Positions 9,061-19,299 of a stretch of 61,160 bases of DNA are shown one piece after another (positions within the stretch are counted from its first letter, which is position 1; each line of letters opens with the position of its first letter). The notes under the pieces were generated by a model. That model saw only the letters and a program-made list of their open reading frames with translations. It searched no databases and was not told the origin of the DNA. The stretch comes from an archaeon. GTDB lineage: Archaea > Iainarchaeota > Iainarchaeia > Iainarchaeales > 1-14-0-10-31-34. Location of the stretch: NCBI GenBank assembly GCA_043819075.1, contig JBDRFE010000029.1, positions 1 through 61,160 of the forward strand, read 5' to 3'. A program made the position numbers and the translations under genes.

Positions 9061-10280
9061 AAATTGCATTAATTTCTGACACTCATTTAGGCTTTGGAGA
9101 AAAAACCCAGAGAAAAGATGAAGCGCTGGAAAACGCCTTGGAAGCTTTTTCTCTTGCATTAGAAAATAATCCTGATTTAATTTTAATGCCAGGCGACTTA
9201 TTTGATTCAAAGATTCCTTCAATTGAGTCCTGGTATGATGCATTTGAATTGTTCAGTGTTTCAAGGAATGCAAAAACGCCTTCAATAAAAATTTTAAGGG
9301 AAGGAAAAGAGTTAAGGTTTACAGGAATACCGGTTATTGCAATTCATGGCACGCATGAATTAAGGTCAAGGGATTTCAAGAACCCTGTTCAGGTGCTGGA
9401 AAGCGCTGGATTTCTTTTTTACCTTCATTCAGGTTATTTGATTGCAGAAAAGGATTCAGAAAAAATTGCTGTTCACGGTTTTGGAGGGGTTCCGGAAAAA
9501 AAAGCGCTTGATGTGTTAAGGCTTTTGAATCCAAAGCCCTTTGAAGGCATGAAAAACTTTTTTTTATTGCATCAGTCAATAAAAGAATTCCTTCCGACAG
9601 AAGATGAAATGAGTGTTTCAATTTCTTTGTCAAACCTGCCAAAAGGATTTGATTTGATTATTAACGGCCATTTGCACTGGAATTCCGAGACAAATTTTGA
9701 GGGGGGAAAATTATTGATCCCTGGCTCAACTATTGTTACTCAAATGAAAAACCTTGAGTCAAAAAAGCCGAAAGGAATTGTTTTGATTGATTCTGGTTCA
9801 ATGAATGTTTCTTTCCTTCCTTTAAAAAAGCAGAGAAGGCTTTTTTATGAAAAAATTTCTTTTGATAATGCATTTGAAAACGAAATTCTTTCAAAACTTA
9901 AAGAAAGAATCCTTTTTTTTATTTCAGAAAACCGCTCTGGCTTAATTCCTTTGATCAGGATTAAATTAAACGGAACCCTTGCAAAAGGCCTGTTGCAGGG
10001 AGACATTGATTTAAACAAGGTTTTAAATGAATTTTCAGGCAGGGCAATTTTTTCTGTTGACAAAAACTTTTCTTCTGTTTCTTTCAGGAAAAGAATTCAG
10101 GAATTAAGGGAACTGCATAAAACAAAGAAATCTGTTTCTTCTCTTGGAATTGAATTGCTTGAAAAAAATTTAAGTGAAACTGCTTTTGACAAAAATTTTG
10201 ACATAAGAAGATTTTTTGAACTGCTTTGCGAGGAAGACCCTGACAAAGCAGTTTCATTTCTTTTAGACACTGCCTTTTAA
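9057..10280 (+). CDS. mre11: Mre11/SbcD-family metallophosphoesterase nuclease
   Basis: ISDTHLG, GDLFD, HGTHE, LHQ, NGHLH, PGS motifs; ATGA overlap with upstream gene. Confidence 0.82.
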   Translation: MKIALISDTHLGFGEKTQRKDEALENALEAFSLALENNPDLILMPGDLFDSKIPSIESWYDAFELFSVSRNAKTPSIKILREGKELRFTGIPVIAIHGTHELRSRDFKNPVQVLESAGFLFYLHSGYLIAEKDSEKIAVHGFGGVPEKKALDVLRLLNPKPFEGMKNFFLLHQSIKEFLPTEDEMSVSISLSNLPKGFDLIINGHLHWNSETNFEGGKLLIPGSTIVTQMKNLESKKPKGIVLIDSGSMNVSFLPLKKQRRLFYEKISFDNAFENEILSKLKERILFFISENRSGLIPLIRIKLNGTLAKGLLQGDIDLNKVLNEFSGRAIFSVDKNFSSVSFRKRIQELRELHKTKKSVSSLGIELLEKNLSETAFDKNFDIRRFFELLCEEDPDKAVSFLLDTAF

Positions 10281-10304
10281 GAAAAGGCAAGTTGCCAAAA
10301 CCAT

Positions 10305-12245
10305 TTATTTTGCTTTCAGCAATTCTTCCACTGCTTCCGGATTGCTTAGAGTTGAAATATTTCCTGTATCCTGACCTAAAACTTTTGCTTTAATGACTCT
10401 TCTCATTATTTTTCCGCTTCTTGTTTTTGGCAGGTCTTCTACAAACAATATTTCATCAGGCCTTGCAAGCTTTCCTATTTCTTTTGCTACATGTTCTGCT
10501 AATTCTTTTCTTAATGCATCAGAGATTTCAGCTCCTTTTTTGAGGATAACAAAAGCTGTAATGCTTTCTCCTTTGATTTCATGCGGTTTGCCGATTACTG
10601 CTGCTTCTGCAACTAATGGGTGTGACACTAAAGCTGACTCTATTTCAGAGTTGCCTATTCTGTGGCCTGAAACCTTTAATACATCTGAATCCCTTCCTTG
10701 AACCCAAAAGTATCCTTGTTTGTCTGCTCTTGCAACATCTCCAGCCAAATAAACATTTTTGTACATGCTCCAATAAGTTTCCTTGTATTTTTTTGGATTC
10801 TTGTATATCCCTCTTAGCATTGCAGGCCAGGGCTTTAACAACACTAATTCTCCGCCTGCATCAACTATTGCTTTTCCTTTTTTGTCAAAAACATTTGCTT
10901 TAATGCCTGGAAAAGGTTTTGTTGCAGAGCCTGGCTTTAATGGAGTAATTGGCAGCGGAGTAATGCAAAAGTTTCCTGTTTCTGTCTGCCACCATGTGTC
11001 CATTATCTGGCATTTTTCTTTTCCGATGAATTTGTAGTACCACATCCATGCTTCTGGATTAATTGGTTCTCCTACACTTCCTAATAACCTTAATGAATCT
11101 AGTGAATGTTTTTGCACCCATTCTTCTCCAAAATGCATGAACATTCTGATTGCAGTAGGAGAAGTGTATAAAACTGTTACTTTATGCCTGTCAATTATTT
11201 CCCACCACCTGTCTGGGTTAGGGAAATCTGGGGCTCCTTCATACATTACTGAAGTAACGCCTAAAATCAGGGGAGCATAAACAATATAGCTGTGGCCTGT
11301 AATCCATCCAATGTCTGCAGCACACCACCATACATCGTTTTCTTTTAAGTCAAAAACCCATTTAAGTGTAATTCCTGTTCCAACAGCATATCCTCCGTGG
11401 CAGTGAATTATTCCTTTTGGCTTGCCTGTTGTGCCTGAAGTATATAAAATGAATAAAGTGTCATTTGCATCCATTAACTCTGTTTTGCATTCCCCTTCTT
11501 CTTTTTCTGTTATTTCATGCCACCATAAATCCTTTTCATTCCACTGGATTTGTTCTCCTGTTCTCTTGAAGACAATGCAGTGTTCAACGCTTGGAGCCTC
11601 TTTTAATGCTTCATCTGCCTGTGATTTTAATGCAATTGTTTTTCCTTTCCTGTAAAAACTGTCGCAGGTAATAACCAGTTTTGCTTCTCCGTCGTTTATT
11701 CTTTCCCTGAAAGCCATTGCACTGAATCCAGAGAAAACAACTGAATGAATTGCGCCGATTTTAGCGCAGGCAAGCATTGCAATTGGCAGCTCTGGAATCA
11801 TTGGCATGTAAATTCCGATTCTGTCGCCTTTTTTTACCCCTAATTTTTTCATTGCATTAGCTAATTTGTTTACCTGAATGTATAACTCTTTGTAGCTTAT
11901 TTTTTTTATTTCTTCTTGGGGTTCGCCTTCCCAGATAAAAGCAGTTTTTTCTTTGTCTTTATGCCTGTCTAATGCATCAAAAACAATATTGTATTTTGCT
12001 CCCACAAACCATTTAGCGTAATTGTTTTTCCATTCAAGCACTTTTTTATAGGGCTTTTTCCATTCAACTATTTCTTTTGCTGCTTCCTTCCAGAACCACT
12101 CAGTTTTTCCTGCTTTTTCCAGCAATTCATCGTAATTTTTTATTTTGTTTTTTTTCATCCACTGCATTACATTAGAGTTTTCCACTAATTCTTTTGAGGG
12201 CTTAAAAACCCTTTTTTCTTTTAACAGCACTTCAAGATTTTCCAT
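10305..12245 (-). CDS. acs: AMP-forming acetyl-CoA synthetase
   Basis: [32 protein letters not shown] motifs. Confidence 0.95.
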   Translation of the reverse strand: MENLEVLLKEKRVFKPSKELVENSNVMQWMKKNKIKNYDELLEKAGKTEWFWKEAAKEIVEWKKPYKKVLEWKNNYAKWFVGAKYNIVFDALDRHKDKEKTAFIWEGEPQEEIKKISYKELYIQVNKLANAMKKLGVKKGDRIGIYMPMIPELPIAMLACAKIGAIHSVVFSGFSAMAFRERINDGEAKLVITCDSFYRKGKTIALKSQADEALKEAPSVEHCIVFKRTGEQIQWNEKDLWWHEITEKEEGECKTELMDANDTLFILYTSGTTGKPKGIIHCHGGYAVGTGITLKWVFDLKENDVWWCAADIGWITGHSYIVYAPLILGVTSVMYEGAPDFPNPDRWWEIIDRHKVTVLYTSPTAIRMFMHFGEEWVQKHSLDSLRLLGSVGEPINPEAWMWYYKFIGKEKCQIMDTWWQTETGNFCITPLPITPLKPGSATKPFPGIKANVFDKKGKAIVDAGGELVLLKPWPAMLRGIYKNPKKYKETYWSMYKNVYLAGDVARADKQGYFWVQGRDSDVLKVSGHRIGNSEIESALVSHPLVAEAAVIGKPHEIKGESITAFVILKKGAEISDALRKELAEHVAKEIGKLARPDEILFVEDLPKTRSGKIMRRVIKAKVLGQDTGNISTLSNPEAVEELLKAK

Positions 12246-12250
12246 TCAAT

Positions 12251-13663
12251 TCACCTCTTGGCTTTTCCTTTAAACAAAGAATAATCGTATAATGCTTTTA
12301 ATGCCCTTGCAGCGCCTTTCGGAAAACTGAATGTCGGCACAAACTCTTTTTCCATTAAAATTTTTTGTTTTTCAGTGTACTTTCCGCTTGCAGAAACAAC
12401 AATTAACGGCTTTAACTGTTTTTTATGGAATTCACTTATTATTTCAATAATTTTTTCATCTATTTTTGGCGGAGGAAACAATACTATTACCAGAATCATG
12501 TCAACGTTTTTGTCTTTTAATGCGGCTTCAATTGCTGTTTTATACATTTCTGTTGTTGCATCGCCTGTTAAGTCAATTATTTCTTTTAGTTCAGCAAAAG
12601 CCGGGGCAACATTCCTTATTTTTTCAAGGCTTTTGTCATTCATTTTTGCCAGCTCCAAGCCGTTTTCTGTTATTGCATCAGCTGTTAAAACTGCATAGCC
12701 TCCTCCGTCAGTTATTATCTGGACTTTTTTTCCTTTTGTTAAAGGCTCGTTGGCTAAAACTCTTGCATAATTAAATAATTGTAAAAAACTTTTTGCCTGA
12801 ATCAAATGGCATTGCCTGAAAGCTGCTTCAACAACTCTTGTTTCCCCTGCAATTGAACCAGTATGTGAGACAGCAGCTTTTTTTCCTTGCTCACTTACCC
12901 CGCCTTTTAGTATTACTATTGGAGTGTTTTTGTTTGCTTTTTTTGCTGTTTCCAAAAACTTTCTCCCGTTTTTCAGCCCTTCAATGTACAAGCAGATTAC
13001 TTTAGTTTCTTTGTCTTTATCCAAGTACTCTATTAAGTCAGTTACATCCACATCTAATGCATTCCCGAAAGAAATGAATTTGTTTATTCCATAGCCTTTC
13101 ATTGCAGCATAATCTATTAGAGTGCTTCCAACTGCACCGGATTGTGAAGCAAAAGAAATTCTTCCATCTTGTGGCCTTTCAAGCCTTTCTCTTGGAAGAA
13201 ACAAAGTGTCAATTCCCTGTTTTATATGTGTAATGCCTAAACAGTTTGGCCCAAGCACTTTCATTTCAGGAAATTTTTTCATTGCATTAAATAGTTCTTT
13301 TGTTGTTTTTTCGTTGCCTATTTCGTTGAAGCCGGAAGAAACAATTATTGCTGCCTTAACTTTTTTTTCACCGCAGTCAATTATTGTTCTTGGAACAATC
13401 ACTGCGGGAACAGCAATTACAGCCAAATCTGTTTCAGGCATGTCTTTAACTGAATTAAAGCATTTTAATCCCAGAATTTTTTTTGAATGAGGGTTAACCG
13501 GAAAAATTTTTCCCTTGAATCCTGCTTTAATCATGTTTTTCAGGATTACATGGCCTGTTTTGTTTTTTTCTTCTGATGCCCCGATTACTGCAACAGTTTC
13601 AGGGTAAAAAAAATAATCCATTGAATTCATTTTCTCACTTAATAGCTTCTCTGTTTCACCCAT
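12251..13663 (-). CDS. acdA: ADP-forming acetate/acyl-CoA ligase alpha subunit
   Basis: AVIGAS CoA-binding fold, LGPNCLG, SQSGA, phospho-His SHTGS; no fused ATP-grasp beta domain. Confidence 0.88.
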   Translation of the reverse strand: MGETEKLLSEKMNSMDYFFYPETVAVIGASEEKNKTGHVILKNMIKAGFKGKIFPVNPHSKKILGLKCFNSVKDMPETDLAVIAVPAVIVPRTIIDCGEKKVKAAIIVSSGFNEIGNEKTTKELFNAMKKFPEMKVLGPNCLGITHIKQGIDTLFLPRERLERPQDGRISFASQSGAVGSTLIDYAAMKGYGINKFISFGNALDVDVTDLIEYLDKDKETKVICLYIEGLKNGRKFLETAKKANKNTPIVILKGGVSEQGKKAAVSHTGSIAGETRVVEAAFRQCHLIQAKSFLQLFNYARVLANEPLTKGKKVQIITDGGGYAVLTADAITENGLELAKMNDKSLEKIRNVAPAFAELKEIIDLTGDATTEMYKTAIEAALKDKNVDMILVIVLFPPPKIDEKIIEIISEFHKKQLKPLIVVSASGKYTEKQKILMEKEFVPTFSFPKGAARALKALYDYSLFKGKAKR

Positions 13664-13956
13664 AATTCGTATTCTTTGTTGATTTCATCAAACTTAATGA
13701 ATGCAATGCACGGCAGCCTGTATGAATGAAGTTTTTTTACTTGTTCTGAAACAAGCTTTTTTTTTGTCTTGATTGTTTTTACAAGCAATAATGATTCTGT
13801 TTCATTCACGGTTTTGCCCTCCCATTTATAGCAGGAAGAAATTGCAGGAATAATGTTTGCGCAGGCAACAAGCCTTTTTTCCACTAAAGCGTTTGCAATC
13901 TTTTCTGCTTCTTTTTTGTTTTTGCAGGGAATGTAACCCAAAACAATCTCACTCAT
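13639..13956 (-). CDS. cutA: Divalent-cation tolerance protein CutA
   Basis: LVEKRLVACANI, Y.WEGK, LH.Y.LP motifs. Confidence 0.92.
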   Translation of the reverse strand: MSEIVLGYIPCKNKKEAEKIANALVEKRLVACANIIPAISSCYKWEGKTVNETESLLLVKTIKTKKKLVSEQVKKLHSYRLPCIAFIKFDEINKEYELWVKQRSY

Positions 13957-14008
13957 TTTTTCTCCAGCTAAAATTAGGCAAAAGAAATTTAAAATACTAA
14001 CTGTGTTC

Positions 14009-14515
14009 TTATTTTGGCCTTGTTTTCCTGAGTTTTATTCTTTTCTCTCCAATTGACCTTCTTAATGCAGTTCTTGCTTCATCCATTGTTTCAGTCGGTC
14101 TTCTTTTTCTAAGCTTTTTTTGCCTTGCCCTGTCAGGGGAAGTGTCCCAGCCTTTAATTAATTTTATTTGCGGGAACGCTTTTCTCAAAAAAAACCTTGC
14201 CCTGTTTTCAAGCAGGTCTGCAATGTTTTTTCCTGCGAATGTTTTAACACTCAAATCTATTGGATGAAATGAAACCATTGTTGCAGTTTTAGTTTTTTCG
14301 TCTACACTATAATTAATCCGCCCGAATTCTCTTCCAATAATCCTGCCTGCCCTGCTTTCCAGTTCTTTTAATCCTTTTTCTATTTCGCGGTTTGAAAGAA
14401 AAGTGCCTGAATTAATTCCTTGGTCAACAATAAAAGAAACAAAAAACCTGTCTTTTTTTCTTTCAGCCCCAAAAGAAGTTAAAACCCTTATTCCAAGCGT
14501 TTTTTTTCTTTCCAT
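14009..14515 (-). CDS. Basic hypothetical protein, possibly degenerate GNAT-like
   Basis: 168-aa ORF; FAGKNIADLLE resembles GNAT motif A; very R/K-rich C-terminus. Confidence 0.45.
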   Translation of the reverse strand: MERKKTLGIRVLTSFGAERKKDRFFVSFIVDQGINSGTFLSNREIEKGLKELESRAGRIIGREFGRINYSVDEKTKTATMVSFHPIDLSVKTFAGKNIADLLENRARFFLRKAFPQIKLIKGWDTSPDRARQKKLRKRRPTETMDEARTALRRSIGEKRIKLRKTRPK

Positions 14516-14595
14516 AAAAGGATTAGGCGTTACTGGAATTTAATTCTTTTCTGCAAGCAAAAGCCTTTTATTTTTGAAAAGCCTATTATTGAATC

Positions 14596-15261
14596 ATGTG
14601 GATTGCAAAAATGAAGTTCTGGCACAAGAACTCCCTTACAATTGAAGCAGCAAAAAAATTCAATGTAACAATTTTAGCTTTTCCGTTAAACACTGTAGTG
14701 GATGAAAAAACAGCTTATCTTACTGCAGGGCATTTAATTATAGGGGAAAAAAAGAACAAGGAAAAATATTTTGAGTTTGTAAAAAAACAGGCTAAATACA
14801 AAAACCTTGAAATTGAAGGAGATTTTGTTGTTTACTCTTATGAAGCCCCGATAAAAGAAACTCATTTGCAGATGTATTTTACCCCGGAAATTTTTTTCAT
14901 AAAACCAGTGACAGTAAAGCCAGACGGCTTTGAATACATTGAATTCGGCTCCTGGGACAAAAAAAACCTTACAAAATTCCTGAAGACAGTGAAAAAATGG
15001 CTGAAAATATATGATTTCAGCATAAAAAAAGAAAAAGTAACAGACATTTATTTGCCTCATTTAATGCCAAAACTCACAGACAAGCAGAAAACCGCTGTAT
15101 CTGCAGCATATCAGCAGGGCTATTATGATTACCCGAAAAAAACAAACATTGAAAAGCTTGCAAAAACAATGAAGCTGTCCCCTTCGACTTTCCAGGAACA
15201 CTTGCGCAAAGCAGAAGAAAAATTAATGCCCTTTATTTTAGAAAACACTCTGGGAAAATAA
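14596..15261 (+). CDS. HTH_10 (bacterio-opsin activator-type) transcription regulator
   Basis: C-terminal LTDKQ..A...AY..GYYDYPKK.....LA......STFQEHLRKAE.KL signature. Confidence 0.9.
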   Translation: MWIAKMKFWHKNSLTIEAAKKFNVTILAFPLNTVVDEKTAYLTAGHLIIGEKKNKEKYFEFVKKQAKYKNLEIEGDFVVYSYEAPIKETHLQMYFTPEIFFIKPVTVKPDGFEYIEFGSWDKKNLTKFLKTVKKWLKIYDFSIKKEKVTDIYLPHLMPKLTDKQKTAVSAAYQQGYYDYPKKTNIEKLAKTMKLSPSTFQEHLRKAEEKLMPFILENTLGK

Positions 15262-15285
15262 ATTTTCTTCAAATAAAACCCCTCT

Positions 15286-15307
15286 AAACCCGTTATTTAT
15301 CGGCTTT
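15286..15307. promoter_or_regulatory. Imperfect palindrome next to a TATA-like TTTAAA; candidate operator
   Basis: AAACCCGTTATTTATCGGCTTT (CCG-N8-CGG core; 16/22 positions self-complementary) between the regulator and the downstream operon. Confidence 0.35.
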
Positions 15308-15396
15308 AAACCTCTTTGTTTAACCCCTTGTGCAACGGGTAAATGCCTAATAAGATTAAACGCTGCTATTATGTATACAAGGTGTTTGGTGGTTGT

Positions 15397-15738
15397 ATGA
15401 GTAAAGCAGTTCCTTTGAGATTGATTGAAGCAAAAAACTTTGAAGTAACAGTTGATCCAAGGACTTTAGAGTACAGGACAAGAAAAGAAACAGTTAAAGA
15501 ATATTTTGACTGGGTTTTTTTAGTTGAATCCTTGAAAGCAAAATATTATGGTTTTATGGTATTAGATGGTGTTGTTGTTTTTTCTGGATTAATTTTTAAT
15601 CCGACTTTACTGGTTTTTTTGCTGCCTTTGCTGCCTTTGACTTTAAAAGCGCAGTTTGACTTTGGCGATAAATTAGATGACAAGGAAACCTGGGAATCAA
15701 AGTTTGTTTCAAGAGTTGACGGAGTCGGAGCTGACTGA
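15397..15738 (+). CDS. Small two-TM hypothetical membrane protein
   Basis: GGTGG SD before ATG 15397 (track start 15343 also possible); central hydrophobic hairpin. Confidence 0.65.
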   Translation: MSKAVPLRLIEAKNFEVTVDPRTLEYRTRKETVKEYFDWVFLVESLKAKYYGFMVLDGVVVFSGLIFNPTLLVFLLPLLPLTLKAQFDFGDKLDDKETWESKFVSRVDGVGAD

Positions 15739-15766
15739 ATTCTGGAGATGAAAGGAGGCTGATGTT

Positions 15767-16153
15767 ATGGCTTTGAAAATGATCAGAGGGCATTCAACTG
15801 ACATGAATATTGACCCTCATGTTCTTCCAAGAGAGCAGAGGGATGAAGTCGGAAGAAAATATTTTTCTTACAAGACCTCTGAAATATATTATTGGGTTTT
15901 GTTCTGGCTTCTTTCTTTGAGTTTTATTTTCTTTTTATGGAAAGCTTTGTCTGAGGTTTTTTTTGTTGTTGTTGCCGGAATACTTTTTTATTTCATGATT
16001 AGAGTGCATTTCAGTTACTTAAAGAGCTGGAGCAGGTGGAATAAATATGCAAGAAAAAATGTTGTCATAATGGACCCGGAAAAACAGATTCATGTTATTA
16101 CCGGCCCAAAAATGCCGTGGTGTTCTCTGAAAGGAGTGAGAAGAGGCATTTAA
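15767..16153 (+). CDS. Small two-TM hypothetical membrane protein
   Basis: AGGAGG SD; two hydrophobic segments. Confidence 0.7.
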   Translation: MALKMIRGHSTDMNIDPHVLPREQRDEVGRKYFSYKTSEIYYWVLFWLLSLSFIFFLWKALSEVFFVVVAGILFYFMIRVHFSYLKSWSRWNKYARKNVVIMDPEKQIHVITGPKMPWCSLKGVRRGI

Positions 16154-16234
16154 TTCAGGCAAACGTATTTTATTTTCCTGAATCAATATATTAAGCGGTG
16201 AGATTTGTTCAAGTAATCCCCTGAAGTGATTTGA

Positions 16235-17761
16235 ATGGCTGAATGGTTTTCAATGGAATCCATAAGGAAAATTAACCCGTTCCATATGCCTGCATTTCAG
16301 AGATACACTTGTGTTGAAGTAAAAAAAAGATTCGGCTTAAGGCTTGACGGAGCATGTTCGTTTCATTCAAAAAACGTTGAAATTTTGTTCAACAAAAAAC
16401 AGTTTAATTCTGCAGGAAAAAAGCTTTTAGAAAAAGTAATTAATGACCCGAAACTTGTTTCAGATGAAAACAAAAAATTAGTTAAGTATGCAAAAAAATA
16501 CAGAAAAACAGCCGACAAGATTCTGAAAACTGATTTAAGAAAAATTTCTGACAGCCAGCTTGCATTGTTTGCAGAAGAATACGCTGAAAACTATCTTAAT
16601 TCGCACAAGAACGGCGGGCACATGCTGCAATTGACAGAATTTGAGAACGAGTTTTATTCCAAATTCATCCAGTCAATCCTTGGAAAAAAAATCAGGAGAT
16701 ACAATTTAAATGAATCTTTGGCTGAAGCATTCACTTTGGCTTCAACTCCGGAAAAACTAACCAACATTCAAAAACAGGAAATTGAATTGCTTGAGTTGTA
16801 TCTTGAACTTCTTAAAAAGCCTGAACTCCTTAACTTGTTCAGGAAAAAATCAGTTAAAGAAATTGAAGAAAAGTTAAGCAAAGTTTCCCCGGCTTTTTCA
16901 AAAAAATTAAGCAATCATCACTCTAAATGGCTCTGGCTTCCTTTCATGTATGAAGGCCCTGCCTGGGAAAAAACCTATTTTATTGAAGTCCTTTCCTCTA
17001 TGGCAAGACAGTACCTTACAAAAGAAGAAGCTGAATTAAAGAAATCAGAGCCAAAAAACATGATTAAGAAAGCCGTTGCTTTCAGAAAAAAACTTCCTCT
17101 GGATAACAAAGAAAAAATGTTTTTTAAAATTCTTTTTGAGTCAGTGTACTTAAAAAGCTTCAGGAAAGACATAATGTATTTTGGCTGTTATACTGCAGAA
17201 AAACTTTTTTCTGAAATAGGAAAAAGGTTAGGGCTTTCGTTAAACCAGGTGAGAAACTTCATGCCAGAAGAAATAAAACAGGCTGTATTGCACAAAAAAT
17301 TTTCTGTGAAAGAACTGAATGACAGGCTTGACTTTACAGTCATTAAATGGATTAACTCAAAAGAAGAAGTCCTTTCAGGAAAAAAAGCAAGAAATTTTTT
17401 TAATAAAGTTTTTAAGTCAATGAAAATAAAGAAAGTAAGCAGGCTGAAAGGAAGCACCGCAGTTCCAGGCTTTGTTAAAGGAAAAGTGAAAATAGTCAAT
17501 CATCCGAACGAAATTTATAAGATGAACCAAGGAGACGTAATGGTTTCGCATTCAACTAACCCGAATCTTGTTCCGGCAATGAAGAAAGCCGGTGCAATAA
17601 TAACTGATGTAGGAGGAGTCACATGCCATGCAGCAATTGTTTCACGAGAACTGAACATTCCATGTGTTATTGGTACAAAACAGGCAACAAGAATCCTAAA
17701 AGACGGAGAAACAGTTGAAGTTGATGCTTCTCGTGGAATAATCAAGAGGCTGAAAAAATGA
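16235..17761 (+). CDS. PEP-utilising enzyme mobile (phospho-His swivel) domain protein, paralog 1
   Basis: C-terminal GGVTCHAAIVSRELNIPCVIG; about 400-aa helical N-region; no ATP-grasp or TIM barrel. Confidence 0.88.
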   Translation: MAEWFSMESIRKINPFHMPAFQRYTCVEVKKRFGLRLDGACSFHSKNVEILFNKKQFNSAGKKLLEKVINDPKLVSDENKKLVKYAKKYRKTADKILKTDLRKISDSQLALFAEEYAENYLNSHKNGGHMLQLTEFENEFYSKFIQSILGKKIRRYNLNESLAEAFTLASTPEKLTNIQKQEIELLELYLELLKKPELLNLFRKKSVKEIEEKLSKVSPAFSKKLSNHHSKWLWLPFMYEGPAWEKTYFIEVLSSMARQYLTKEEAELKKSEPKNMIKKAVAFRKKLPLDNKEKMFFKILFESVYLKSFRKDIMYFGCYTAEKLFSEIGKRLGLSLNQVRNFMPEEIKQAVLHKKFSVKELNDRLDFTVIKWINSKEEVLSGKKARNFFNKVFKSMKIKKVSRLKGSTAVPGFVKGKVKIVNHPNEIYKMNQGDVMVSHSTNPNLVPAMKKAGAIITDVGGVTCHAAIVSRELNIPCVIGTKQATRILKDGETVEVDASRGIIKRLKK

Positions 17762-19299
17762 AGAAATTAGACTGGTTTGTTGCAGAAGAGATTCCAAGGA
17801 CTCATTTTCATTTGCTTGAGCCTGTTTACGAGTACTGGGGCAAAGAAATGAAAAAAGACATTGGAATGATAATTGATGTTTTGTCTGTTTACAGGAACGG
17901 AAACGTCTTTTTTTGCTGGCCAAGAAAACAGTTCAGTTCAGCCGGAAAAAAAACTTTTGAAAAAACACTTAAAAACCCTGAATGGATGATTAAAATAAAT
18001 TTTCTTCTGGAAAAAACTGCAGGAAAACTGATTGAAAGCTCGAAAAAAATGGAGAAAAAGGATTTTTCTGTGATGACAAACAAAGAGCTTGAAAAAGTTT
18101 TTTCCAGCCACATGAAAATTCATTTCAAGTGCCATGCCCTTGGAATGCTTGCAACAATGATTGAATGGGATCACGAGCTTATTTCAAATTACCTGAAAAA
18201 TTATTTAAGCCAAAGAATCAGTGAAAAAAAGCTTTCTTTAAAGGTTGCAGAAACGTTCAGCCTGCTTACAACCCCTCTTGATGAATCCTTTCAGTTAAAA
18301 CACGAAAAAGAAATAATAAGAATTGCTTTAAATGTGCTGAATGACGAAAAAACAAAAAAACTTTTTCTTGAAAACGAACCATGCAAAATCATTGAATTGC
18401 TTCCTTTAACAAACAAAAAAATTGGCGAAGAACTTGAAGCCAATTACAGGAATTTCAGGTGGCTTCCCTTCATGTATATTGGCCCTGCATGGGAAAAAGA
18501 TTATTTTATTCAGCAGATTAAGGGCTTGATTAAATCTGGAGAAAACCTTTCCCTAATTTTGGAGAAAATGGATAACAGAATTAATGAAGTAAAAAGAAAA
18601 CAAATAGAATTAACTGAAAAACTTTCAGTTGATGAAAAACACAATAAGTTATTCGGTATTTCAAGGCAGATGATTTACTTGAAGGGATTAAGAAAGGATT
18701 CCCTCTATTATTCGTTTTTTTCTTATGAGCCTTTTTTGAAGGAACTTGGCAGAAGGCTTGGGCTTTCACTGAACCAGTTAAGATGCATGTGGCCAAGCGA
18801 GTTCAAAAAAGCAATCCTGAAAAGAGATTTTGATTCAAATGAATTAAATGAAAGGTTTAAGTTCAGCGTTTATGCCTGTGTTGATGGAAAAAGCAAGACA
18901 TTAACCGGAAAAAAAGCTGAAGCTTATGCCAGGCAGGCTCCTGATCCAAAAGAATACAAGATTTCAGAATTAGAGGGAAGTACTGCTGTTCCGGGAATGG
19001 TTAAAGGCACTGCAAAAATAATTAACCTTCCAGAAGACATGAATAAAATGAACCAAGGGGATGTTCTTGTTTCTCATGCAACCAATCCAAATTTGGTGCC
19101 TGCAATGAAAAAGGCTTCTGCAATTATTACAGATATTGGCGGGGTAACTTGTCATGCCGCCATAGTAAGCAGGGAATTAAACATTCCTTGCGTGATTGGC
19201 ACAAAAATTGCGACAAAAGTAATCAAAGACGGAGACTTATTGGATGTTAATGCCAACCATGGAATAATTAAAATACTGAAAAAGGAAGTGAAAAAATGA
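17758..19299 (+). CDS. PEP-utilising enzyme mobile domain protein, paralog 2
   Basis: Same His motif; shares WLPFMYxGPAWEK with paralog 1; ATGA overlap. Confidence 0.88.
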   Translation: MKKLDWFVAEEIPRTHFHLLEPVYEYWGKEMKKDIGMIIDVLSVYRNGNVFFCWPRKQFSSAGKKTFEKTLKNPEWMIKINFLLEKTAGKLIESSKKMEKKDFSVMTNKELEKVFSSHMKIHFKCHALGMLATMIEWDHELISNYLKNYLSQRISEKKLSLKVAETFSLLTTPLDESFQLKHEKEIIRIALNVLNDEKTKKLFLENEPCKIIELLPLTNKKIGEELEANYRNFRWLPFMYIGPAWEKDYFIQQIKGLIKSGENLSLILEKMDNRINEVKRKQIELTEKLSVDEKHNKLFGISRQMIYLKGLRKDSLYYSFFSYEPFLKELGRRLGLSLNQLRCMWPSEFKKAILKRDFDSNELNERFKFSVYACVDGKSKTLTGKKAEAYARQAPDPKEYKISELEGSTAVPGMVKGTAKIINLPEDMNKMNQGDVLVSHATNPNLVPAMKKASAIITDIGGVTCHAAIVSRELNIPCVIGTKIATKVIKDGDLLDVNANHGIIKILKKEVKK

